Below, piece after piece: positions 47,287 to 56,431 of a stretch of DNA of 64,000 bases (position 1 is the stretch's first letter; every line of letters starts with the position of its first letter). Both the position numbers and the translations under genes were made by a program. The DNA is from Bacteroidota bacterium (GTDB lineage: Bacteria; Bacteroidota; JABWAT01). The DNA lies in NCBI GenBank assembly GCA_020161835.1, contig JAIUNL010000008.1, forward strand, positions 84,552 to 148,551. Direction: 5' to 3'. The notes below the pieces were generated by a model. It was given only the letters and a program-made list of their open reading frames with translations. It searched no databases and was not told the origin of the DNA.

Positions 47287-47826
47287 ATGGACTACATGAA
47301 CGGTCGGTTGTTACCGTACAAAGATAAATTCCCGAAATTACATCGAACAGTATTTGTTACAGAAGGTTGTTACATCATTGGCGATGTTGAAATAGGTGCT
47401 GGTTCCAGTGTTTGGTTTGGTTCTGTCATTCGTGGTGATGTTCACCATATCAGGATCGGGGAACGTACAAATGTTCAGGATGGAACCATCATCCACGTTA
47501 CGCATGATGCATACCCAACCCTTATTGGCAACGATGTGACTCTGGGACATGGTGTCATGCTTCATGGCTGTACAATTCATGATACAGCTTTGATCGGAAT
47601 GAGAGCTACCATTCTTGACCAGGCCGTTATCGGAAAAAATTCACTGATTGCAGCCGGAACCCTTATCCGCGAAAGATTTGTCGTACCCGAAGGCGTTCTT
47701 GTAGCAGGCCTTCCCGGTAAAATCATCCGTGACCTGACCGATGAAGAAATTAAAAACCTGCACCAATCGAGTCTGAACTATCAGAACTATGTCAAAACCT
47801 ATCTGGATATGAAAGAGGAACGATAA
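47287..47826 (+). CDS. gamma-carbonic-anhydrase family hexapeptide-repeat protein
   Basis: 179 aa with left-handed beta-helix hexapeptide repeats and the His ligands (HHIRIG, HGC). Confidence 0.8.
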   Translation: MDYMNGRLLPYKDKFPKLHRTVFVTEGCYIIGDVEIGAGSSVWFGSVIRGDVHHIRIGERTNVQDGTIIHVTHDAYPTLIGNDVTLGHGVMLHGCTIHDTALIGMRATILDQAVIGKNSLIAAGTLIRERFVVPEGVLVAGLPGKIIRDLTDEEIKNLHQSSLNYQNYVKTYLDMKEER

Positions 47827-48618
47827 GTGATCAGACCGGTAAGCCGTTCTGAAATTTTTCATTTCCAAAAGTTAAAACAGAAGAAGTTCCGAAAGGAATT
47901 TAATCAGTTTATCGGTGAAGGGTTAAATCTTTTCAGGCAAGTTAAAAACCTGCCTGGCTGGTTTCATTTTATTCTGGTTGAAGAGTCGTTTTATTTTCAG
48001 AATTCAGATGAATTTGCCGGTTTGCCTCTGAATTTATTCAGGAGTGTGTCTAAAAAGGAACTTGCGGATCTTTCAGAAACTGAAAATCCTCAGCCCGTTT
48101 TATTTATATTACACAACCGTCATCAGCAATTTCAACCCGATTTCTCTGCCATGCAACGTGTTCTGTATCTGTTTGGACTTCAGGATCCGGGAAATGCCGG
48201 AACCCTGCTCAGAACTGCTGCCTGGTTCGGTTGGGATGCTGTCATCTTTTCACATGATTCTGTTGACTGGACGAACCCGAAGGTCATCAGAAGCAGTATG
48301 GGAAGCTTTGCTTCTTGCCCTGTTTATGAAGATAACCGTGAACGGAGTTTATTTGCCCTGACTGGAAAATCAATGGCTGGTTATTTTCTCGATATGGATG
48401 GAGACTCCATTCATCAGATTAAAGGCACCAAGCATCCGGTTTGTCTGGTTGTGGGTAATGAAGCCAACGGATTTTCAGGTTTTGACCCGTTTTCTGTTTT
48501 TTCAGAATCAAAAAAACTCCATATTCCCGGGCATACTGACCGTGTAGAATCATTAAATGCCGGAATTGCAGGCTCAATTGCCTTGTTCCAACTTGCAGGA
48601 AATAACTATTTTGGCTGA
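47827..48618 (+). CDS. TrmH/SpoU-family RNA 2'-O-methyltransferase
   Basis: 263 aa with the SPOUT motifs (DPGNAGTLLRTAAWFG, LVVGNEANG, LNAGIAGSIALFQL). Confidence 0.75.
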   Translation: MIRPVSRSEIFHFQKLKQKKFRKEFNQFIGEGLNLFRQVKNLPGWFHFILVEESFYFQNSDEFAGLPLNLFRSVSKKELADLSETENPQPVLFILHNRHQQFQPDFSAMQRVLYLFGLQDPGNAGTLLRTAAWFGWDAVIFSHDSVDWTNPKVIRSSMGSFASCPVYEDNRERSLFALTGKSMAGYFLDMDGDSIHQIKGTKHPVCLVVGNEANGFSGFDPFSVFSESKKLHIPGHTDRVESLNAGIAGSIALFQLAGNNYFG

Positions 48619-49339
48619 GAAGAAAATTGCAATCGTTACGGGTGGGGTGAGACGCCTTGGCGGGCTCATTTCTTTAGGATTATTGAATGCAGGTTATGCT
48701 GTTGCTGCCATTCATAATGGTCTTGTTCCGGCAGAATTTGAAGTAAAAACGAAGGGACTGGATTTTTTATCAATTCCTGCTGATCTTTCTGATGTAAATC
48801 AGACCCGGTATAGTGAACTTATTGAAATAGCAAAGCATCATTTCAAAAGTGATATTCATGTTCTTGTTAACAATGCAGCGATTATTGAAGAAACTGATTT
48901 TTTAACTTGTACTCCTGCAGATTGGGATCGCATTTTTTCAATAAATCTGAAGTCAGTGTTTTTTTTCAGTCAGGCTGTTGCTCTTGACATGACAAAAAAT
49001 GAAATTTCAGGGAATATTGTTTTGATTTCTGATACAGCAGGAAGTCTAACCTGGCCTCATTATTCAATTTATAATTTAACAAAAACAGGTGTAAGTCAGC
49101 TTACCAGAATAATGGCTAAAACATTGGCTCCTTTTATCAGAGTTAATGCTGTTGCTCCAGGTACTATTATTCCGTTTGAGGGTGCAGATGATGCCTGGAT
49201 GGAAGCTGCACGGCAACGTTCCGTTCTGAAAAAAATCGGAAATCCTGAAGATGTAGTGAAACTAATCAGGGTGATTCTTGAAACTGAATTTATGACCGGA
49301 TCTGTTTTAACAGTAGATGGCGGAAGGTCTTTGATTTGA
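48611..49339 (+). CDS. SDR-family oxidoreductase. The probable start is TTG at 48611, overlapping the trmH-like stop; the ORF track gives an ATG at 48557 inside the upstream gene.
   Basis: The Rossmann motif KIAIVTGGVRRLGG, an NNAA motif, and a probable catalytic Tyr (HYSIYNLTK) are present. Confidence 0.65.
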   Translation: MAEKKIAIVTGGVRRLGGLISLGLLNAGYAVAAIHNGLVPAEFEVKTKGLDFLSIPADLSDVNQTRYSELIEIAKHHFKSDIHVLVNNAAIIEETDFLTCTPADWDRIFSINLKSVFFFSQAVALDMTKNEISGNIVLISDTAGSLTWPHYSIYNLTKTGVSQLTRIMAKTLAPFIRVNAVAPGTIIPFEGADDAWMEAARQRSVLKKIGNPEDVVKLIRVILETEFMTGSVLTVDGGRSLI

Positions 49340-49992
49340 AAACTTATCTTAATTTTTACCAGCTTGGCATTACCAAATATGAGGATGTTCTCAACCTGCA
49401 AAGAACCCTTGTTGAAAAACGTATTTCAGAAAAACTGGATGACGTCATTCTGGTAACCGAACATGAACACGTTTTCACAGTCGGACGGAAAAAGGATAGC
49501 AGAGCCAATATTCTTGATGAAGGATCAGTCCCCATTTTTGAGATTGAAAGAGGCGGTGATGTAACTTATCATGGTCCGGGACAGTTGGTTATTTACCCAA
49601 TCATCAATCTGGAAGGTATTAACACTCATTTGGATTTTTACCTGAGAAGTCTGGAAGATATTGTCATCAGGGCATTGGCAAAGTGGGGAATTAAAGGCTC
49701 TAAGGTTAAAGATTATACCGGAGTCTGGGTTGGTGACAAAAAAATTGCAAGTATTGGGATATCAGTTAAAAAATGGGTTACTTTTCATGGAATTGCACTA
49801 AATATCAATACGGATATGACCTATTTCCAGAAAATAAATCCGTGTGGATTAAATTCTGATGTAATGACTTCAATGAAAGAAATTATCCGCCGAGACGTTC
49901 CCATCGACCAGGTTTTTTATTATCTGATGAAAGAATTTGAAGTTGAATTTGGCCGGCCTGCAAGGCTTGCTGAAAAAAAGGAGCTTGAGTAA
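49336..49992 (+). CDS. lipB: lipoyl(octanoyl) transferase
   Basis: 218 aa with the LipB motifs (TVGRK, GGDVTYHGPGQ, KIASIGI..KKWVTFHG). Confidence 0.85.
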   Translation: MKTYLNFYQLGITKYEDVLNLQRTLVEKRISEKLDDVILVTEHEHVFTVGRKKDSRANILDEGSVPIFEIERGGDVTYHGPGQLVIYPIINLEGINTHLDFYLRSLEDIVIRALAKWGIKGSKVKDYTGVWVGDKKIASIGISVKKWVTFHGIALNINTDMTYFQKINPCGLNSDVMTSMKEIIRRDVPIDQVFYYLMKEFEVEFGRPARLAEKKELE

Positions 49993-49993
49993 A

Positions 49994-50359
49994 ATGATTC
50001 ATTCAGTCAGGATGGGACATACGGCTATTGAAGTCAGTAATATTAAAGAAGCCGCCAATTTTTATTCAACATATTTTCCATTTGAGGTTATTTATGTTTA
50101 TGATGACTGGGGTCTTCTCAGACACAAAAACAGCGGAGATGATCTTGCACTTTTAATTCCGGGAGGAAAACACCACCCGCATACCGGAATTCGTGTTTCA
50201 TCAAATCAGGCCGTTGATGATGCATATAACAACCTGACCGGAACTCCCGCCCAACTTAAAACCCAGCCAAAACTTCACAGGGATAACTCTTATTCCTTTT
50301 ATTTTGCAGATCCTGACGGAAATATGTTTGAAATTATTTACGATCCTTCAAATCCGTAA
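49994..50359 (+). CDS. VOC (glyoxalase/bleomycin-resistance) family protein
   Basis: About 121 aa counted from the internal Met (MIHSVRMGHTAIEV...). It has the paired beta-alpha-beta-beta-beta modules with H/E metal ligands. Confidence 0.6.
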   Translation: MIHSVRMGHTAIEVSNIKEAANFYSTYFPFEVIYVYDDWGLLRHKNSGDDLALLIPGGKHHPHTGIRVSSNQAVDDAYNNLTGTPAQLKTQPKLHRDNSYSFYFADPDGNMFEIIYDPSNP

Positions 50360-50365
50360 AAACAG

Positions 50366-50938
50366 TTAAAACATTCTGGCTGTTATGGGTAACCCTGACA
50401 GTATTTCGGCTTCCTTTTCAAGCAATGCATCCAATCTGCTATAAACAATCGGTTTTTCTATAGATTGAAGAGCAAGAGAGAGATAAAGGGTGTAATGCCT
50501 GGCTTCTGATTCAAACAGAGAATCATAAAGAGCCCTTATTTCTTCATCCTGGCACCCCTTTCTCAGCAAATCAAATTTTTCACAGCTACGTGCTTCAATA
50601 ATTGCCGAAATCAGCAACATGTCAAGGAAGTAGTCCTGTCTGGGATTTCTTGCCAGTTTTTTCATAGATTTTGCATAAAGTGATGGTTCAGGTTTGGTGA
50701 ATGGAATATTTCGTTTCCTCATTAATTTGATTACCATCGAAAAATGAGTGAGTTCCTCTATGGCAAGATCAGGCAAAACCTCAGATAATTCTGTTTTTTC
50801 CGGGAAAGTGTTTAATAGTGAAATAGCCATTGCGGACGCCTTTTGTTCGCAATTTGCATGGTCATTAAGCAGGGAGCTGAGATCAGAACAAACCGTTTGT
50901 AACCAGGCGTCTGAAGTTGAGAATAGAAGTTTAAACAT
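50366..50938 (-). CDS. miaE: tRNA-(ms2io6A37)-hydroxylase (ferritin-like diiron protein)
   Basis: 190 aa. The segment LLNDHANCEQKASAMAISLL matches the MiaE hallmark DHxNCE.KAA, and EE..HF / E..H repeats are consistent with diiron ligands. Confidence 0.65.
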   Translation of the reverse strand: MFKLLFSTSDAWLQTVCSDLSSLLNDHANCEQKASAMAISLLNTFPEKTELSEVLPDLAIEELTHFSMVIKLMRKRNIPFTKPEPSLYAKSMKKLARNPRQDYFLDMLLISAIIEARSCEKFDLLRKGCQDEEIRALYDSLFESEARHYTLYLSLALQSIEKPIVYSRLDALLEKEAEILSGLPITARMF

Positions 50939-51114
50939 GTTCGATAAGGATATATTTGCAATAAAATTGTGACAAATCTGACGAAATTGCTATGAAAAAG
51001 AATTTTTCTTGCGACAAGACTACTTATTTAATTCAAGATAATAAATCTGATTGACATTCCGGACGGTTTCTGCGATATTTGGCTTTTAAATAAAAAAAGC
51101 CTCAGGAGTTTTTA

Positions 51115-51450
51115 ATGAGCATAAAAGTTAGTCAAGTGGGTCATATTACCGTAATGGAACTTAACGGTAAACTTATGGGCGGAGACGAAACCAGAGAAGT
51201 ACGCGATGAAGTTGAAAAACAGGTAAAGGCTGGGAATACCAAATTTGTTTTCGATCTTGGAAACATTAAATGGATGAACAGTTCAGGCCTTGGTGCTATC
51301 GTTAGCTGTCATAACGTAGTAAAAGAAGCTGGCGGTGCTCTCAAACTTGCAAGAGTGGAACAAAAGATTGAATCGTTGCTGGTTGTTACCCACCTGATTA
51401 AAGTCTTTGAATGCCACAAAACTGTTGATGCCGCAATAGCTACATTTTGA
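51115..51450 (+). CDS. STAS-domain anti-sigma-factor antagonist (SpoIIAA/RsbV-like)
   Basis: 111 aa with the conserved phospho-Ser context (NIKWMNSSGLGAIV). Confidence 0.75.
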   Translation: MSIKVSQVGHITVMELNGKLMGGDETREVRDEVEKQVKAGNTKFVFDLGNIKWMNSSGLGAIVSCHNVVKEAGGALKLARVEQKIESLLVVTHLIKVFECHKTVDAAIATF

Positions 51451-51458
51451 TTTTAAAA

Positions 51459-51490
51459 AAGCCCTGATTTCCATCGGGGCTTTTTTTTAT
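51459..51490. terminator. strong bidirectional rho-independent terminator
   Basis: An A5 run, then a hairpin AAGCCCTGA-tttccat-CGGGGCTT, then T8. It serves the convergent STAS gene (+) and the radical-SAM/GT operon (-). Confidence 0.7.
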
Positions 51491-51516
51491 CCTTCCGGCG
51501 ACACCCCGTTTTTTCC

Positions 51517-52497
51517 CTACCTGAAAAATTTGAGTTTAGTAGAAATTTTCTGACTAATAAACTTAGTAAAGGAATATTTCACCTTTGAAGGTAAAGACCT
51601 CATTCCATATGCATTCATTGACATTGCAAATGAGGGTTCAAAGTAGCAATTCACAGTACAACCCTGACAAAAGTTATATTTCCCCTGCATACTTTCAGCG
51701 GCTTTTACAGTCTGTGATTGGCGTTGGTCATAAAGATCACCATTGAGCTGTATTTTCTGGTTATTAAAATGGTAACAAGGCAGAAGCAGCTCATTTCGGG
51801 CACTGATTACTACAGTGGTGCTCACCGCCTTGCAAACCGGATCGGCGATTTGATTTCCACCATTTCTTCTTAGATCTATAAAGGCGGGATTCAAATAGGT
51901 TCCTGGTGTATTTGTATAACTCTCAAGAATATCTAAAACTTCAGGCGTAAGTTGCCCGCCACGGTCACCGTAACTGAAAAGAGGGTTGATGATCAGGATC
52001 ACCCCATGTTTGCGGGCCAGGTCAATCATGGCTGGTAAATGATGCACATTCTCATTTCTTACAGTAAAATGCAAATCTGGTCGTTCGCCTAAAGACAAAG
52101 CCAGCTCAATACTTGCAAAAACTGAGTCGTAACATTTTACACCACGGTGAAGATCATGTTCTTCCTTAACTGGCGAATCAAGTGAAAAATGAAGAAGGTC
52201 AATTAACCCCTTTATAGATTCTGCTTTTTTGGGATATAAAAGTCCGTTTGACGTGATGGTTGTAAGAAACCCCTTTGATTTCGCCATTCTGAGCAAGACA
52301 TCAATTTGAGGATGAAGAAGGGGTTCACCACCCGTGAAGTCCAATACTTTAACTCCCAGCCTCTTGAGATCTGTCAGATTCTTTTCAGCATCAGTGAGAT
52401 CAATAAAGGGTGATTTGAAGTCCTCCCAGATGTCACAGAAATCACAGCTGGCATTACACTTGTTGGTAACATAATAGTTAGCGAGAACGGGGTTCAA
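51517..52497 (-). CDS. radical SAM enzyme with a possible auxiliary-cluster (twitch/SPASM-like) C-terminus
   Basis: 326 aa with a CNASCDFC (CxxxCxxC) cluster near the N-terminus and a GGEPLL SAM motif. The C-terminus has CQGCTVNC. It is the last gene of the minus-strand operon. Confidence 0.75.
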   Translation of the reverse strand: MNPVLANYYVTNKCNASCDFCDIWEDFKSPFIDLTDAEKNLTDLKRLGVKVLDFTGGEPLLHPQIDVLLRMAKSKGFLTTITSNGLLYPKKAESIKGLIDLLHFSLDSPVKEEHDLHRGVKCYDSVFASIELALSLGERPDLHFTVRNENVHHLPAMIDLARKHGVILIINPLFSYGDRGGQLTPEVLDILESYTNTPGTYLNPAFIDLRRNGGNQIADPVCKAVSTTVVISARNELLLPCYHFNNQKIQLNGDLYDQRQSQTVKAAESMQGKYNFCQGCTVNCYFEPSFAMSMNAYGMRSLPSKVKYSFTKFISQKISTKLKFFR

Positions 52498-53599
52498 AGT
52501 ATTCTCTGCCTTTCCATTTAACTTTCCTGCTAAACAGGGTCATGATGGGAATTGATAAATTAATAAGCGGGTAAACCAGTTCATAAAGCACAAATGCCTT
52601 TGGTTTGAATATTATTTCCGTCTGGCGTGCGAATTGCCGGATGAGGAAGAAATCTGCTGATAGTTTAACAACTGCTGAAATAATGGTCAGCCACGGATTC
52701 AATATCCAGCCAAAAATGACAGAAAGGTGCAGACCGACCGCCGAAATTACCAGCAACCAACTTCTTACAGGACTTTTAACTCCACCCAGAATCCAACGTT
52801 TTCGTTGTAAAACTAATTCCGGCCACGATTGATTTGAACGTGTAATATGTATATTCTGAGGAGTTGATGAGAAAATAACTGCCTTGCCAGAATTGAGAAA
52901 TAACCTGAAAAGTGCAAAATCTTCAGTGATAGTAAAGGGCAGACTCCTGAAACCACCCAATTCCAGATAATCCTTTTTAAGAAAAGCCATATTATTGCCA
53001 ATGGCCGTAAACGGGTGACCTGAGTGATGACTACCAGAGGCAATTGCCATCATATAAAACCAGTCAGTTTCCTGAACTGCACCTAAAAATCCGGTTGAAT
53101 CTGAAACAGTTGGACCGCATACCATTGCAAGGCTGGCATTTTCTTTAAATCTGTCTTCAAGAAACGTGATCCAATCCGGGTTCAAAACCATATCAGCATC
53201 AGTTGTGACTATAATCGAAAAACTGGAATTCTGAATGCCAGTATCAAGTGCAAAAGGTTTCCCTGATTCATCTTTCATTCTTGAAACTTTAACCCATTCG
53301 AAATCGATTGTGAACTGGTTCAAAAGGAGTTCAGATCCATCATCTGAATGGTCGTCAACAAAAATGACTTCAAACCCACAGTTTGGGCGTTTCATTGCCT
53401 CAAGGTTTAAAATCAGATTTTTGAGATTTGAGATTTCATTTCTTACCGGAATAATAAGAGAAATTCCATCGACAGACTTTTTTTCTCTTTCAACAACTCG
53501 TGATACTGCTTGTTTTTTCAATCCGGAAAGAATTCTAAGGCTTTCAAGAAGATAAATTGCAGTCAGAACCCAGAAAATTATTTCAAGGACGGAAGACAT
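52478..53599 (-). CDS. membrane glycosyltransferase family 2 (processive-type D, DxD, TED, QxxRW signature)
   Basis: 373 aa with an N-terminal TM helix followed by the GT2 catalytic domain (FVDDHSDDGS, TTDADMV, TITEDFALF, QRKRWILGG). The C-terminal part contains 3-4 TM helices. Confidence 0.75.
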   Translation of the reverse strand: MSSVLEIIFWVLTAIYLLESLRILSGLKKQAVSRVVEREKKSVDGISLIIPVRNEISNLKNLILNLEAMKRPNCGFEVIFVDDHSDDGSELLLNQFTIDFEWVKVSRMKDESGKPFALDTGIQNSSFSIIVTTDADMVLNPDWITFLEDRFKENASLAMVCGPTVSDSTGFLGAVQETDWFYMMAIASGSHHSGHPFTAIGNNMAFLKKDYLELGGFRSLPFTITEDFALFRLFLNSGKAVIFSSTPQNIHITRSNQSWPELVLQRKRWILGGVKSPVRSWLLVISAVGLHLSVIFGWILNPWLTIISAVVKLSADFFLIRQFARQTEIIFKPKAFVLYELVYPLINLSIPIMTLFSRKVKWKGREYFEPRSR

Positions 53600-54234
53600 G
53601 ATAACTCAAAATTATGTTCGGTACAAATAAGTTTTACCCGTAAAAGTGATTCTTTAAGGCGATCCTTGTATTCCGGTTTATCATGAAACACAAGTATAAC
53701 TCCATTCTTCAGCCATTCTTTTTTCCGTCTGCTAATCTCATCAGGTGAAAAATCAGGCAGCCAGTCTTTAAACATGAAATTCCAAAAAATAAGATGAAAT
53801 CCATTTTGAGTTAACCTTTTATTCAACCCAGGTTTCCATGCTCCGTAGGGTGGTCTGAACCAGGACTGGAATTCAGGTAAATGCATGACCTGAAGCGAAT
53901 CAAGTTGAGTAAGTTCTTCCTGAATCTCAAAATCTGAAAGCCTTGAATATTTCCTATGAGTATAACCATGGAAGGCAGCGAACTGAGAACCAAGCTGACT
54001 AAAAACAGTTGGACGTTGTTTAATTTTTTCGCCAGGCCAGAAATGAGTTGCCTGAATCTGGTTTTCATTCATCCAGTGAAGCAGGTTCGGTGTATTGTCA
54101 TTTGGACCATCATCAATAGTCAGGTAAATAACCTTCCGGTTACTCTGACCTTTAAAATAAAAACCCGGAGTGTGAAACCGGTAAAGAAGCAATGTCAGCC
54201 AGTTCATAACCATCAGTAGCGAACACCTTTCCAA
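53578..54234 (-). CDS. NodB-homology polysaccharide deacetylase, apparently cytoplasmic
   Basis: 218 aa. VIYLTIDDGPNDNTPNLLHWMNENQIQATHF matches NodB motif 1 (TFDDGP), with H..H and later motifs. There is no convincing signal peptide. Confidence 0.75.
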   Translation of the reverse strand: MERCSLLMVMNWLTLLLYRFHTPGFYFKGQSNRKVIYLTIDDGPNDNTPNLLHWMNENQIQATHFWPGEKIKQRPTVFSQLGSQFAAFHGYTHRKYSRLSDFEIQEELTQLDSLQVMHLPEFQSWFRPPYGAWKPGLNKRLTQNGFHLIFWNFMFKDWLPDFSPDEISRRKKEWLKNGVILVFHDKPEYKDRLKESLLRVKLICTEHNFELSCLPSLK

Positions 54235-55340
54235 TCAAATCGGGAAAATGTCCCCATAAAACCCGTAAAAACCAGGTAGGGGATTTGAATCCATCCAAAC
54301 CAGAGAACCGAAAACGGATTAATTTTCTGATTAAGGAAACTGTTTGATGTAGAAAGAAAAAATGCATCACCGGCAAATTTCAGAAGTAAGATGAAACCTA
54401 TAAAACCCCAGGTCACCAGATTAAAGAAAGCAAAAACAGGCATGACTAAAAATAAAACGTGGATGAACCAGAATAAAGAGAGAAAAACCTTGTAACGGCC
54501 TGACTGGTAGTGAAAACCCTTACTTGCCCATCTTTTGCGCTGATTGAACAATGATGTCCAGTCTGGTTGGGCATGGGTAAGAACCAAAGCTTCTCTGGTC
54601 GGCAGATATTGAATCCCGTCTTTAAACATCGAATGAATTTTGTGCATGAGAAGTTCATCGTCCCCACTGATCAGGTGATCAATACCTGAAAACCCATCCA
54701 CAGCAGAAAAAGCTGACTTCCTGATCCAGAGATTTGCTCCATTGATTGTAGATGGCTGGTTGTGCCCACTTGAACCGCCTGCGACAACCATTAATCCTGC
54801 AAATTCAAGATGTTGCCAGGAGGATAAAAACGATCCCTTACGAAAAAATTCCACGGGTCCTGCAATCAATTGTGAAGAGTTTGAAACCGCCTGGGTAAAA
54901 ACGGAAACCCAGGTTCGGGGAACCAGACAATCTGCATCGGTAAAGGCAATCCAGTCTCCCTTTGCTACCGAAAGTGCGCACTGAATCGCACGTTTTTTAG
55001 GACTTTTTATTCCTGAATAGTGTGGAAAGTTTTGGGTCTGGATGGGTATTATGATTGGATTCTGAATTGAAAGCTCTGTAATCAGTTTAAACGTCTGATC
55101 AGTTGAAAAGTCATCTACAACAATAATTTCGGTGATTAATTTTTTGTTTTCGGGTACGAGCAAAGAATTCAGGCAGGTAAGGATGTTAGATTCTTCATTT
55201 CTTGCTGCAATTATAACCGAAACAGAAGGAGGGGGGAATTTATTAGTTTTGAATTCAGTATCAAGTTTTTTAAAGCCGGTAAGGTACCATAACAGTGCAG
55301 AGAGGTAAAAAATGCAGGCACCAACCAGTACAACTTCCAT
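54213..55340 (-). CDS. membrane glycosyltransferase family 2 (D, DxD, QxxRW)
   Basis: 375 aa with an N-terminal TM helix, then the GT2 catalytic domain (VVDDFSTDQT, FTDADCLVP, SGDDELLMHKI, NQRKRWASKG) and 4 C-terminal TM helices. Confidence 0.75.
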   Translation of the reverse strand: MEVVLVGACIFYLSALLWYLTGFKKLDTEFKTNKFPPPSVSVIIAARNEESNILTCLNSLLVPENKKLITEIIVVDDFSTDQTFKLITELSIQNPIIIPIQTQNFPHYSGIKSPKKRAIQCALSVAKGDWIAFTDADCLVPRTWVSVFTQAVSNSSQLIAGPVEFFRKGSFLSSWQHLEFAGLMVVAGGSSGHNQPSTINGANLWIRKSAFSAVDGFSGIDHLISGDDELLMHKIHSMFKDGIQYLPTREALVLTHAQPDWTSLFNQRKRWASKGFHYQSGRYKVFLSLFWFIHVLFLVMPVFAFFNLVTWGFIGFILLLKFAGDAFFLSTSNSFLNQKINPFSVLWFGWIQIPYLVFTGFMGTFSRFDWKGVRY

Positions 55341-56404
55341 TATTCAACTGATTTTGAAACCGGTACGGGGTTAGTTTTAAGCTTTATGGAATGCCGTTTT
55401 CTGATTCGCTGAATTTTCATGTATCTGAACTGTTTTGCAAAGGAGGATGGCTTTATTTCCATGGCAAGAATGATCAGAATTCCGATTACCGATGGGGTTA
55501 ACCTGTTGATAATAAAAAGAAGAAGTGCGCTGAAAAGGGCAACTTCGGCACTAATTCCAAATTTAGTAAAGAAATATACAGATGAAATTTCACGGATTCC
55601 CAAATCACCGAAAGTAAGTCCGGAAAGAACTGATCTGACGAGCAGGGTAGCCGTTGCCCCCAAATAGCCGATTGCAATAGGCACATTACCAAAAGCAAGA
55701 ATGATCAGATAAAATTGAGTAATGTAAGTAAAATATTTAAGAACGTTTACGATAATGAGATAAAGGTTGTCACCACTGTTTAATCTTTTCGCAGCAAGGG
55801 TCGCACCTTCAATGTGAATTTTACCTAGAAATTTAAATTTAGGTATCAATTTCAGAAAAGGTTTTGGAGTAGCGCAAAAAACGATACCGGCAATTCCAAA
55901 AATCAGAAAGAAAATACCGATACCCATGATCAGTTCCTGTTCAACTGCACCTGGTATATATTTAAAGGCAATTACAATAAAGGCAATTGAACCGGCAATG
56001 CATGAAATAAACAGAAGGGAAATTTTCTCTATAAAATGGAGAGCAACGAGTGAAGCTTTCGGGAATGCAGACATGTTAAGTAACCGTCCTGCATAATCTC
56101 CAAGTGGAGAAAGGGTAACAGTATCAAGGGCAAGCCCTGAAAGCATAGAATAAAAGGTAACCCGTTTTCTTATTCTGGAATCAATAAATCTGACTACATA
56201 ATCCCATTTTAGCCAACTGAAGAAAACATTTGGGATAACAAGCAATCCGGCAAGAATAATGTATGATGAATCTGCACGATTTCCCTGACGAAATACTTCG
56301 TTCCAGTCAATAACAAAACAGACTGAAACTAATCCGGCAAGGGTAAAGAGTTTCAGTCCCCAGATGAGCTGATTAAAATATTTTTGGAACAGGTTTTTCA
56401 ACAA
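55340..56404 (-). CDS. lysylphosphatidylglycerol-synthase-TM-domain (UPF0104, MprF-flippase-like) membrane protein
   Basis: 354 aa with about 8 TM helices. The family-like N-terminal helix plus loop pattern is present. There is no C-terminal aminoacyl-transferase domain. Confidence 0.6.
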   Translation of the reverse strand: MLKNLFQKYFNQLIWGLKLFTLAGLVSVCFVIDWNEVFRQGNRADSSYIILAGLLVIPNVFFSWLKWDYVVRFIDSRIRKRVTFYSMLSGLALDTVTLSPLGDYAGRLLNMSAFPKASLVALHFIEKISLLFISCIAGSIAFIVIAFKYIPGAVEQELIMGIGIFFLIFGIAGIVFCATPKPFLKLIPKFKFLGKIHIEGATLAAKRLNSGDNLYLIIVNVLKYFTYITQFYLIILAFGNVPIAIGYLGATATLLVRSVLSGLTFGDLGIREISSVYFFTKFGISAEVALFSALLLFIINRLTPSVIGILIILAMEIKPSSFAKQFRYMKIQRIRKRHSIKLKTNPVPVSKSVE

Positions 56405-56431
56405 ATAATTATTTTCCGAGAAAAGAGCTTG

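Noticed and set aside
48557-48610. An ATG start for the SDR gene at 48557, embedded 62 nt inside the TrmH-like gene
   Set aside because: A TTG at 48611 directly precedes the Rossmann motif (AEKKIAIVTGG) and gives a short, typical overlap. The long overlap is unlikely.
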